The notes beneath the pieces are model-generated. The model saw only the letters and a list, made by a program, of their open reading frames with translations, was not told the origin of the DNA and did not search any database. A stretch of DNA of 64,000 nucleotides, from assembly GCA_964463165.1 (NCBI GenBank), contig CAYXBK010000010.1:29648-93647 (forward strand). Direction: 5' to 3'. How positions within the stretch are numbered: the first letter of the stretch is position 1; each line of letters begins with the position of its first letter. A program made the position numbers and the translations under genes. The stretch comes from an uncultured Chitinophagales bacterium (lineage in GTDB: Bacteria > Bacteroidota > Bacteroidia > Chitinophagales > BACL12). Shown one piece after another: positions 52,905 through 60,338 of this stretch.

Positions 52905-53377
52905 GCGTTCAGGATCAATTCAATAAATTCTCTCACAACACCTTCGCCTCCCGATTTGGAAAGCTGTAAAATTCCGGGGATCTCTTTCACTTTTTTTGTT
53001 GCATTGGCCGGGCAAGCGGCAAGCCCTGCGGCTTGCAATAATTCGATGCAATTTATATCGTCGCCGATATAAGCGACTTCCTGAAGGGTAATATTTTCCT
53101 TTTCACAAATTTCCTGTGCCGCTTTTAATTTTCCGCCGAATCCCGCATTTTGATATACGTAGTCAATTTTTAATTTCTCTGCACGCCGGCTCACAATATT
53201 TGTTTGCTCCGTTGTAATGATTCCTGTTTTGATACCGGCCTGTTTTAATAAATTGAATCCCATGCCGTCGTGTGTGTTGAATTTTTTAAACTCATCGCCG
53301 CTTTCTGTATAATACATGCCGGCATCTGTAAGCACGCCGTCTACATCGCTCAGAAATAATTTAATGTTTTTCATCAT
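52901..53377 (-). CDS. HAD-superfamily KdsC-family (C0 type) phosphatase
   Basis: 158 aa. DVDGVLTDAGMYY, FNTHDGMGFNLLKQAGI and AYIGDDIN are KdsC / KDN-9-P-phosphatase family motifs. Confidence 0.8.
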   Translation of the reverse strand: MMKNIKLFLSDVDGVLTDAGMYYTESGDEFKKFNTHDGMGFNLLKQAGIKTGIITTEQTNIVSRRAEKLKIDYVYQNAGFGGKLKAAQEICEKENITLQEVAYIGDDINCIELLQAAGLAACPANATKKVKEIPGILQLSKSGGEGVVREFIELILNA

Positions 53378-54099
53378 TCTTTAAATTTAATGCAATCGGT
53401 ATATTGAATAATTTCTTCAGCTTTATAAAAACTTTCCACTTCATCAATATCGATCGCTAATTTTTGATCAATAATGTAAGGGAGTATTTTTTTTCCGTTC
53501 ATGCTGTGCAGTTCAGTAATCACGGAAGCCTTCATAATATCTATGGTGCCAACATGCCAGTATATTACCGGTAATTTCTGCCGCGGCTGATTAAATGGTT
53601 CTTCTACGCCTTTTAATTGAAGCAGCGGTTCCATGGCGTCATCATTATTTTTATTCAGGACCCACATTTTATAAGGTGTGATGGGAGATTCGGTAATACC
53701 CCTTATCGAATCAGCACCAGATTGAATTAATTTCTCGATACATTGATCAATCATTCCTTCCAAACGGATAGGAGCGGTTGGCCTTAATTGCACAATGTAA
53801 TCCGGAATATAATTTTCCTTTTCTTTCATTGCAATTAATTGCTGTGTAAACACTTCCAGATCTGTTGTTTCATCTTGCCCAAGTTCGGCGGGGCGCATAA
53901 AAATTTCTGCTCCATATTCCCTTGCGGTTTCTGCAATTTTTTCACTGTCGGTATTTACGGTTATCCGTGTAATTAATTTTGATTCCTGTGCAGCTTTAAT
54001 ACTGTACGCAATTAAAGGATGACCAAGTAAAGGCTTGATGTTTTTTCCCGGTAATCCTTTGCTGCCTCCTCTTGCCGGAATAATTGCTAAAATATTCAC
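53374..54099 (-). CDS. Acylneuraminate (nonulosonate) cytidylyltransferase, NeuA-like
   Basis: 241 aa. AIIPARGGSKGLPGKNIKPL is the NeuA-type N-terminal motif. Confidence 0.8.
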   Translation of the reverse strand: MNILAIIPARGGSKGLPGKNIKPLLGHPLIAYSIKAAQESKLITRITVNTDSEKIAETAREYGAEIFMRPAELGQDETTDLEVFTQQLIAMKEKENYIPDYIVQLRPTAPIRLEGMIDQCIEKLIQSGADSIRGITESPITPYKMWVLNKNNDDAMEPLLQLKGVEEPFNQPRQKLPVIYWHVGTIDIMKASVITELHSMNGKKILPYIIDQKLAIDIDEVESFYKAEEIIQYTDCIKFKE

Positions 54100-54974
54100 G
54101 CTTTGAATTTTAATTTGTTACGTTGAATTTCCTCCGTGGAAAGGATCTCTTTTTCTTTATAAGTGAGCGCTTCAAATGTATGATCGAGGTCGCGGATCAG
54201 TTTTTGCAAACCCGCCATTTCAAGGCTTGCCGCATGATCCGTTCCTTTCCAGGTTCTGTCTTTTGTAAAATGCCTTTCTATCCATTTTGCTCCAAGTGTG
54301 TATGCGGCGATGTCAACTGCAATTCCCAAATGATGCCCGCTGAAACCAATTTCCTTTATGCGCTGATCATAATTTGCATATAAATTTTTTATTTCGAGCA
54401 GGCAGATATCTTTAAACTCCACCGGATAACCACTTGTGCATGCATATAAAACCAATCGGTTTTGAGCAGCATTTTTGTCTTCAAAAAAACGAACGATCGA
54501 TTCTGTTTCCATTTTTGTCGTCATGCCGATACTGATATGCACTTCTCCTTTATACGTATCACGCAATAATTGCAAAATTTCAAAATGATTATTGCAGGCA
54601 GAAGGAACTTTTATAAAATCCGGATTGAGTGAAATGATTTCTTTTGTGCTGGTGATATCCCAAACCGAAACTGCATATTCAATATTATTTTTTTCACAAT
54701 AGGATTTTAATTCATGATGTTGTTCGATTGTAAATTCAAGAAATTCGCGATGCTTGCCGTATGTTGCACCATAGCTTTGCCATGGCTCGGGATGCGGTGC
54801 ATTATATATTGCTTCATCTAATAATTCTTTCGGATTCCGTTTTTGGAATTTCGCATAACCTGCTCCACAATCTTTTGCAAGCTTTATCAATTCTTTTGCG
54901 ATATTAAAATCGCCCATGTGATTGCATCCGATCTCGGCAATCACCTTTGCTTTTTGATATTGATGGTCGAACAT
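54096..54974 (-). CDS. NeuB-family nonulosonate (9-phosphate?) synthase lacking the C-terminal SAF domain
   Basis: 292 aa. VIAEIGCNHMGDFNIAKELIKLAKDCGAGYAKFQKR and a TIM-barrel body. About 50 aa shorter than canonical NeuB/LegI/PseI. Confidence 0.75.
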   Translation of the reverse strand: MFDHQYQKAKVIAEIGCNHMGDFNIAKELIKLAKDCGAGYAKFQKRNPKELLDEAIYNAPHPEPWQSYGATYGKHREFLEFTIEQHHELKSYCEKNNIEYAVSVWDITSTKEIISLNPDFIKVPSACNNHFEILQLLRDTYKGEVHISIGMTTKMETESIVRFFEDKNAAQNRLVLYACTSGYPVEFKDICLLEIKNLYANYDQRIKEIGFSGHHLGIAVDIAAYTLGAKWIERHFTKDRTWKGTDHAASLEMAGLQKLIRDLDHTFEALTYKEKEILSTEEIQRNKLKFKA

Positions 54975-55047
54975 ATTTATCTACAGCTTCGCCTCCTCAG
55001 TCACATGTATGTGTCTGAGAAGTTTGTTTATAAAGAAAAAAATCAGA

Positions 55048-55581
55048 TCAATCGTTTGTCCACAATACGATCGCCTGATTCAATTTTGTTTCAGTTTTCC
55101 AGGCATTAAATGCCTCGCCATTCATTACCTCAACATGTACTTTTCTCCTGATGATGGATTCGGTTTTTTTCACCCAATAATTTAATTTTTCCAAATCCAC
55201 ATCACCCACAATTAATAAATCAACTGTGCCCGAATCTTTTCCATCCGCATAATCTCCAATGATCAATGCACAATTAATTTCACCTATCTGATCAATTATA
55301 TTTTCAACTATTTTATCAATCCCCAGATACTTACGAACTACACTGTTCAATTCAGGGAAAAGAGGATGTTTATCATTTGCTTTGTATTTAATGGTTTTGC
55401 CTTCGCCGTAGGAAAGGAGAAATCCGGCCCGTGATAATTTATTCAGTTCAAGGCGCACAGCATTTGTGGATTCATTCATTTCTTTCGCCAAACCACGCAG
55501 GTGCGCAGCCGACTTCGTATTGATGAAAAACTTAAGAAGCAGTTTGAGACGTGTGCGTGATGTAATGAGTGAATCGAGCAT
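55048..55581 (-). CDS. Winged-helix (ArsR-like) transcriptional regulator with a nucleotidyltransferase-like C-terminal domain
   Basis: 177 aa. The N-terminal wHTH is AAHLRGLAKEMNESTNAVRLELNKLSRAGFL. The C-terminal GDYADGKDSGTVDLLIVGD resembles a minimal pol-beta NTase motif. It is the first gene of the minus-strand polysaccharide locus. Confidence 0.6.
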   Translation of the reverse strand: MLDSLITSRTRLKLLLKFFINTKSAAHLRGLAKEMNESTNAVRLELNKLSRAGFLLSYGEGKTIKYKANDKHPLFPELNSVVRKYLGIDKIVENIIDQIGEINCALIIGDYADGKDSGTVDLLIVGDVDLEKLNYWVKKTESIIRRKVHVEVMNGEAFNAWKTETKLNQAIVLWTND

Positions 55582-55589
55582 TCCAATTC

Positions 55590-55612
55590 AATGAGTAACA
55601 AATTTACTCATT
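55590..55612. promoter_or_regulatory. Perfect 9-bp inverted repeat (AATGAGTAA-n5-TTACTCATT) upstream of the regulator gene
   Basis: Read directly. It lies 9 nt upstream of the regulator ATG (55581). A related half-site, TAATGAGT, is at 55563-55570 inside the first codons. Confidence 0.5.
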
Positions 55613-55657
55613 AGCCCCTAACAAGCAAGCAGGGGTTGAATTTTTTCAGAAAAATGC

Positions 55658-56488
55658 TTAGAAACCTGCGGCTTCCCTCACGGCTTTGAGGGACAAAAGA
55701 AGTTTTTCCATTTCAGCGAGCGGGATCATATTAGGCCCGTCGCTCAGTGCTTTTGACGGATCGGGATGTGTTTCAATGAAAAAGCCGTCTACCCCCGCCG
55801 CTGCCGCAGCCTTGGCAAGATAGGGCGCAAACTCACGCCTGCCGCCACTTTTACCCTTTTCACCGCCCGGCATCTGGACGCTGTGCGTTACATCAAAAAT
55901 GACAGGGGCAAATTGTCGCATAACGGGCAGGCTTCTGAAGTCCACCACAAGGTTATGGTATCCGAACGAGGCACCCCTTTCGGTGAGCAATACATTGTTA
56001 TTTCCTGTGGATGCAATTTTTTCGACGGCATAGGCCATATCCTCAGGTGCCATGAACTGTCCCTTTTTCACATTTACTGCCTTTCCGGTTTTCCCGGCAG
56101 CGAGTAACAAGTCTGTCTGCCTGCAGAGGAAAGCCGGGATCTGTATTACATCGGCAATTTTCGAAACTGGTAATGCCTGATCCGGTAGATGAATATCCGT
56201 AAGAACCGGCACAGCAATTTTTTCCTTAATAATCTGCAGAATTTTAAGGCCTTCTTCCATTCCGTCACCGCGAAACGAACCGGCCGAAGTGCGGTTTGCC
56301 TTGTCGAATGAGGCTTTGAAAATATAGTTGAAACCGGTTTGCGCAGCAATCTTTTTCATTTGATCCGCCACCATCAAACAGAGTTCTTCACTTTCAATAA
56401 CACATGGTCCGGCAATGAGCAAAGGTTTTTTTTCTCCAACAGTGATTGTTGAATTTATGATTACGGGATTTTTGAAGTGGTTGAACAT
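55658..56488 (-). CDS. kdsA: 3-deoxy-8-phosphooctulonate (KDO-8-P) synthase
   Basis: Motifs KASFDKANRTS, DVTHSVQMPGG and FIETHPDP. The start is moved to MFNHFKNPVII (56488) because the 26 upstream codons are a translation of the heptamer repeat. Confidence 0.9.
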   Translation of the reverse strand: MFNHFKNPVIINSTITVGEKKPLLIAGPCVIESEELCLMVADQMKKIAAQTGFNYIFKASFDKANRTSAGSFRGDGMEEGLKILQIIKEKIAVPVLTDIHLPDQALPVSKIADVIQIPAFLCRQTDLLLAAGKTGKAVNVKKGQFMAPEDMAYAVEKIASTGNNNVLLTERGASFGYHNLVVDFRSLPVMRQFAPVIFDVTHSVQMPGGEKGKSGGRREFAPYLAKAAAAAGVDGFFIETHPDPSKALSDGPNMIPLAEMEKLLLSLKAVREAAGF

Positions 56489-56494
56489 TTTGTT

Positions 56495-56609
56495 GTTGAG
56501 GGTTCTGTGTTCTGGGTTCTGTGTTAAGGGTTCTGAGTTCTGGGTTGAGGGTTGCTGCGCAGCCAATCTTGCGTAAGCCTACTTGATACTTTCTACCTTC
56601 TACTTTCTA
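56495..56609 (-). repeat. Heptamer-periodic intergenic element, copy C (read on the minus strand): (TAGAAAG)-type x4, spacer, core GGCTGCGCAGCAAC, then 8 x NNN(G/T/C)AAC
   Basis: On the plus strand, 8 in-register GTTNNNN heptamers at 56495-56550, core GTTGCTGCGCAGCC at 56551-56564, spacer at 56565-56577, and purine-rich (minus-strand) heptamers at 56578-56609 starting at the ridA TAG. Confidence 0.9.
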
Positions 56610-57023
56610 CTATAAAGCTGCCACACATTTCAATTCAATCGCAATCGGTGTCGGAAGTGCGGTTATTCCAACGGTTGTCCGGCAAGGGGCGTTTGTTTTA
56701 AAATATTCGGCCCAGATGCGGTTATAAGTTTGAAAATCACGCTGCATATTTACCAGATAGACCGTTACATCAATCAGCTGATCCCAACTGCTTCCGCTTT
56801 CTTCCAAAACCGTTTTTACATTTTTAAAAACCGAATGCACCTGTGCTTCAAAATCGAACGAAATAAAATTTCCGTTTTTGTCCAGTTCAACACCGGGAAT
56901 TTTATTTGTGCCGGCTTCCCGCGGCCCGATACCCGACAGGAACAATAAATTACCTGCTTTCCTTGCATGCGGATAGAGTCCCACCGGATCCGGTGCTTTA
57001 TTCGTGATGATCGGATCGTTCAT
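56610..57023 (-). CDS. ridA: RidA/YjgF-family reactive-intermediate deaminase
   Basis: 137 aa. Typical family size, with ...LFLSGIGPRE... and C-terminal RTTVGITALPTPIAIELKCVA. Confidence 0.8.
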   Translation of the reverse strand: MNDPIITNKAPDPVGLYPHARKAGNLLFLSGIGPREAGTNKIPGVELDKNGNFISFDFEAQVHSVFKNVKTVLEESGSSWDQLIDVTVYLVNMQRDFQTYNRIWAEYFKTNAPCRTTVGITALPTPIAIELKCVAAL

Positions 57024-57130
57024 GTTGTAAAAATAAGTGTAAAAATCCTGTTCATCATACCGATTTTCCCGCTCATCGGTTTTTGTAATATGAATCGGGA
57101 AGTCAGAAATATGTTTGTAAAAAAATAATC

Positions 57131-57466
57131 ATGCTCATATCAATAACAGAATTGCATATCAAAAATTTATGGAGGATTCCATTGTTTATGAAATTTGCTT
57201 CCCTGTCTGCAAAACAATCACAAACGGCAAAGGGAAATATTAAAACAGTAATCAGTTTGGGCTGGATGAAAGGTTATACGATTACTGCATGGGAAAATAT
57301 GGAAACAATGATGGAGTTTCGAAATGCAGGTGATCATAAAGAAGCGATGCGTATGATGCGAAAAGTTTCTTCTGCTTATAAATCACTGCATTGGGAATCA
57401 GATGAAATTCCAAACTGGAAGGAAGCGAAAATAAAATTGGCGGAGATTGAGTTGAAGAAAGTTTAG
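57131..57466 (+). CDS. Hypothetical small protein (possibly DUF3291/ABM-like fold)
   Basis: 111 aa. ITAWENMETMMEFRNAGDHKEAM is reminiscent of DUF3291. The assignment is weak. Confidence 0.35.
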   Translation: MLISITELHIKNLWRIPLFMKFASLSAKQSQTAKGNIKTVISLGWMKGYTITAWENMETMMEFRNAGDHKEAMRMMRKVSSAYKSLHWESDEIPNWKEAKIKLAEIELKKV

Positions 57467-57999
57467 TGAGATTCAAATTCACGTACTTCCGTTTCAAGAA
57501 TTTCCGGGGCGATTTCACCAAGCAGATCGATAATTTCTGCGAAATCAATTTTAGATAATATTTTTATTTTAATGAATTTTTTATTGGGATATAAGAATTC
57601 AATTAAGTAGGAACGCAGGCCAAATTTTTTCATAACAACGGCTATGCATTTTAATTCTTTGAAATAAATTAAGGTTGTTAATTTCTTTGACTTAAATTCT
57701 ACTTTATGGTTCGAGATTAGCAAAATACCGTTTATCCGGTTATTTACATTTAAAAACTGAAGGCATATTATTAAAAGTATAGGACTTACCCAGAAAATAT
57801 TAAGAATCCATGATGGTAAATTAGCGTAATAAGGTATTGATAATTCAAGGTTGTTACGAACAGGCAGATCAATGAAATATATGATGCAAAAGCCCAGAAT
57901 GGCAATAGCACCCAATATATTGGAGATGTTCCTGAAATAACGATTTGGAGAAATTAATCTGACCCGAAATTCTGTGTTGATTGGTATGTCGGAATTCAT
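57463..57999 (-). CDS. Hypothetical membrane protein
   Basis: 178 aa with two TM segments followed by a roughly 90-aa K/I/F-rich soluble domain. Visibly AT-rich DNA. No family recognised. Confidence 0.4.
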   Translation of the reverse strand: MNSDIPINTEFRVRLISPNRYFRNISNILGAIAILGFCIIYFIDLPVRNNLELSIPYYANLPSWILNIFWVSPILLIICLQFLNVNNRINGILLISNHKVEFKSKKLTTLIYFKELKCIAVVMKKFGLRSYLIEFLYPNKKFIKIKILSKIDFAEIIDLLGEIAPEILETEVREFESH

Positions 58000-58016
58000 T
58001 TTTAGGATGACCTGAA

Positions 58017-59102
58017 TTAGTTTCCTTTCACATCAAAACTGATCCGGTGCCATGCATTATTCATATACCCTTTAAAATTCCAGACATCTTTTACATCTGC
58101 GGGTTGGGATTTATTATCACTGTCTGTTGCACGTGCAATAATTTGAGTAGGGCCGTTTTCAAATTGCATTTCTATTTCCCAGAATGACCATGTGTATTTT
58201 TCATTTCCTTCGGTAATTTTCGCAGCCTTCCATGTTATCCCGCCATCAGCAGAAACATCTACATGTGTAACAATTCTGTCGCCGCCACTGATTGCAAATC
58301 CTTTAATTAAGACAGAATTATTTTTTACAATTGAATTTGCAAGCGGATATGTAATCACACAATTAATATCCAGTTCACTTAATTGAATACCTGTTTCCCA
58401 ATCCACCGTTTCGGGCTTTGCTTCAGGTGGAAATAAACGATAAGCATGATCCTGAAAATAATTTTTTGACGGCTCGGTTTGTAAAGTAATTGTTGTAAGC
58501 CATTTCACACTGCGTGCACCGATATATCCCGGAACAACCACACGCAGCGGAAATCCATGAGTGGGTTCAAGCGGTTTGCCGTTCATTTCAAAAGCAAGCA
58601 ATACATCTTCACTCCAGGCTTTATCAATTGGAATGGATGCACCGAAGCCGACATTTTTTCCATTGCGATATACATCATCGGCACCCATAAATTCAACAAA
58701 TAATGCTTCCGGTTTCACGCCTGCTTTTTCCAGTATATATTTTAAAGGAACACCTGTCCAAGTTGCATTGCCGATGGCACCTTCCTGCCAGGGAACTTCG
58801 CCGGGCACTTCTGCAAATTCAATTAATTGCACACGGCGGTTTCCTGCGCATTGCAATGTTGCCATTACCGTGCGTTTTGGAAAATCCGATTTTAATTCCT
58901 GCATCGAAAATTCCAATTCATGTTCAACAAGGCCGTTTATTTTAAATCTGAAACTTGCTTCATCAATTTCAGGGACAGGGCCATGATTGCGGATATAATA
59001 CAACCGTTGCGGTGTAATAAAATTTTCACGCAATTCCGTAACCGGTGGTTCGGCATTAACGGGGTCGGTAGTATGAATGATCAGTTTCGGATCTTTATCC
59101 AT
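58017..59102 (-). CDS. Molybdopterin-dependent oxidoreductase, sulfite-oxidase-like
   Basis: 361 aa. TLQCAGNRR contains the Mo-ligand Cys. There is an Oxidored_molyb core plus a C-terminal Ig-like dimerisation domain. No signal peptide or heme domain seen. Confidence 0.8.
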   Translation of the reverse strand: MDKDPKLIIHTTDPVNAEPPVTELRENFITPQRLYYIRNHGPVPEIDEASFRFKINGLVEHELEFSMQELKSDFPKRTVMATLQCAGNRRVQLIEFAEVPGEVPWQEGAIGNATWTGVPLKYILEKAGVKPEALFVEFMGADDVYRNGKNVGFGASIPIDKAWSEDVLLAFEMNGKPLEPTHGFPLRVVVPGYIGARSVKWLTTITLQTEPSKNYFQDHAYRLFPPEAKPETVDWETGIQLSELDINCVITYPLANSIVKNNSVLIKGFAISGGDRIVTHVDVSADGGITWKAAKITEGNEKYTWSFWEIEMQFENGPTQIIARATDSDNKSQPADVKDVWNFKGYMNNAWHRISFDVKGN

Positions 59103-59180
59103 GGTTCAAAGTTAAAGAAATGGATTTTGGTTTTGAGTGAGATTAAATCAACAATTGATAATTTTCCACTCTAAACGAAG

Positions 59181-59247
59181 AGTCATGCCGGGCCTGATCC
59201 GGCATCGATCCGTAAAATACAGATTGCGGATCTGGTCCGCAATGACT
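59181..59247. repeat. Inverted pair of roughly 24-nt hairpin-forming units (REP-like) in a divergent intergenic region
   Basis: GTCATGCCGGGCCTGATCCGGCAT (59182-59205, plus strand) and GTCATTGCGGACCAGATCCGCAAT (reverse complement of 59223-59246). Each folds into a 7-8 bp stem. Confidence 0.7.
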
Positions 59248-59330
59248 TTAATATTTGCATTTGTTATTCTGTTAAATCACACGTTCAAATAATTATTTAT
59301 CTCCTAACTTGCGATCTCAAAATTCAGGCA

Positions 59331-60338
59331 GTGACTGCAACGGAAAAACAATTGTATTACAGGCTCATTGCACTATGGGCGGTGTGCGAAGGTGTGCTCG
59401 GCGGAATTATACACGGATTTCAAATTCCTGTTTCAGGTTTATTTGTCGGCGGTGCAGCGGTTGTTATTATTTGCATGATGGGATTTTATGTTCCGCAGAA
59501 GGGCGCCATTTTACAGGCAACATTATTGGTCGAGATATTTAAAATGATGCTGAGTCCGCAAAGCCCATTGCCCGCATATCTGGCAGTTGCATTTCAGGGT
59601 GTAATGGGCGAATTATTTTTTTTCAATAAAAAGTTTTATAAAATCTCCTGTGTATTATTTGCTGCAATCGCATTATTTGAGTCGGCAATCCAGCGCATCA
59701 TTACAATGACATTAATTTACAGCAATGCATTCTGGAAAGCGATGGATGCATTTATTAATGGTATAACCGGTGAAACCGAAATTACAAGATACAGTTATTA
59801 CATAGCGGGTGGCTATGTTGTGTTGCATATTGCAGCGGGAATTGCAATCGGAGTATTCGCCGCAGGAATTCCTTCCAGATTAAATAAATGGAAACAGGGT
59901 AAACAATTTCTGATTCCTGCAGGTGTAAAAAATTCCACCGAAATACAATTAAAACGGAATAGGAAAAAAATATGGAAAAACAGTTTACTTGTCATCTGGG
60001 TGGTTTTACTTTTCTTCTTTCTGCAATCAACATTTCATATTGGTAAACCGCTGCTCGCTGCAGATGCTGTTTTGCAAATTCTAGTGCGTTCATTTTTAAT
60101 TCTGCTTACATGGTATTTTCTTGTGAGCCCGGTACTGCTTTATTTTCTGAAAAAATATTTATCCCGGCAAAAGGAAAAATCGCAAGGCACAATCAATGAG
60201 ATTGTTTTATTAATTCCTTCAACAAGATTATTAATTGAAAACAGCTGGAAACTTTCTGCACAAAAAAAGGGGTTACGGAGATTTAATTTTTTTATTCAAA
60301 TCATACTTGTGAACGCATTCGACGATATTCATGACTAA
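59331..60338 (+). CDS. Hypothetical polytopic membrane protein
   Basis: 335 aa with a GTG start and about 8 TM segments in two blocks, separated by a basic loop (KNSTEIQLKRNRKKIWK). The 3' end overlaps the next gene by 8 nt. Confidence 0.5.
   Translation: MTATEKQLYYRLIALWAVCEGVLGGIIHGFQIPVSGLFVGGAAVVIICMMGFYVPQKGAILQATLLVEIFKMMLSPQSPLPAYLAVAFQGVMGELFFFNKKFYKISCVLFAAIALFESAIQRIITMTLIYSNAFWKAMDAFINGITGETEITRYSYYIAGGYVVLHIAAGIAIGVFAAGIPSRLNKWKQGKQFLIPAGVKNSTEIQLKRNRKKIWKNSLLVIWVVLLFFFLQSTFHIGKPLLAADAVLQILVRSFLILLTWYFLVSPVLLYFLKKYLSRQKEKSQGTINEIVLLIPSTRLLIENSWKLSAQKKGLRRFNFFIQIILVNAFDDIHD

Noticed and set aside
54975-55047. Imperfect hairpin CTCAGTCACA-TGTA-TGTGTCTGAG between the regulator and the neuB-like gene, considered as a terminator or attenuator
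   Set aside because: The stem is interrupted and no T-run follows on the transcribed (minus) strand. Evidence is insufficient.
56489-56566. 26-codon N-terminal extension of kdsA in the ORF track (MAAQQPSTQNSEPLTQNPEHRTLNNK)
   Set aside because: It is a translation of heptamer element copy C. The conserved KdsA sequence begins at MFNHFKNPVII (start 56488).
59103-59330. Moco riboswitch upstream of the molybdoenzyme
   Set aside because: I cannot match the conserved Moco-motif core by eye. The structure is better described as two similar inverted hairpin units. Left as an open structural finding only.
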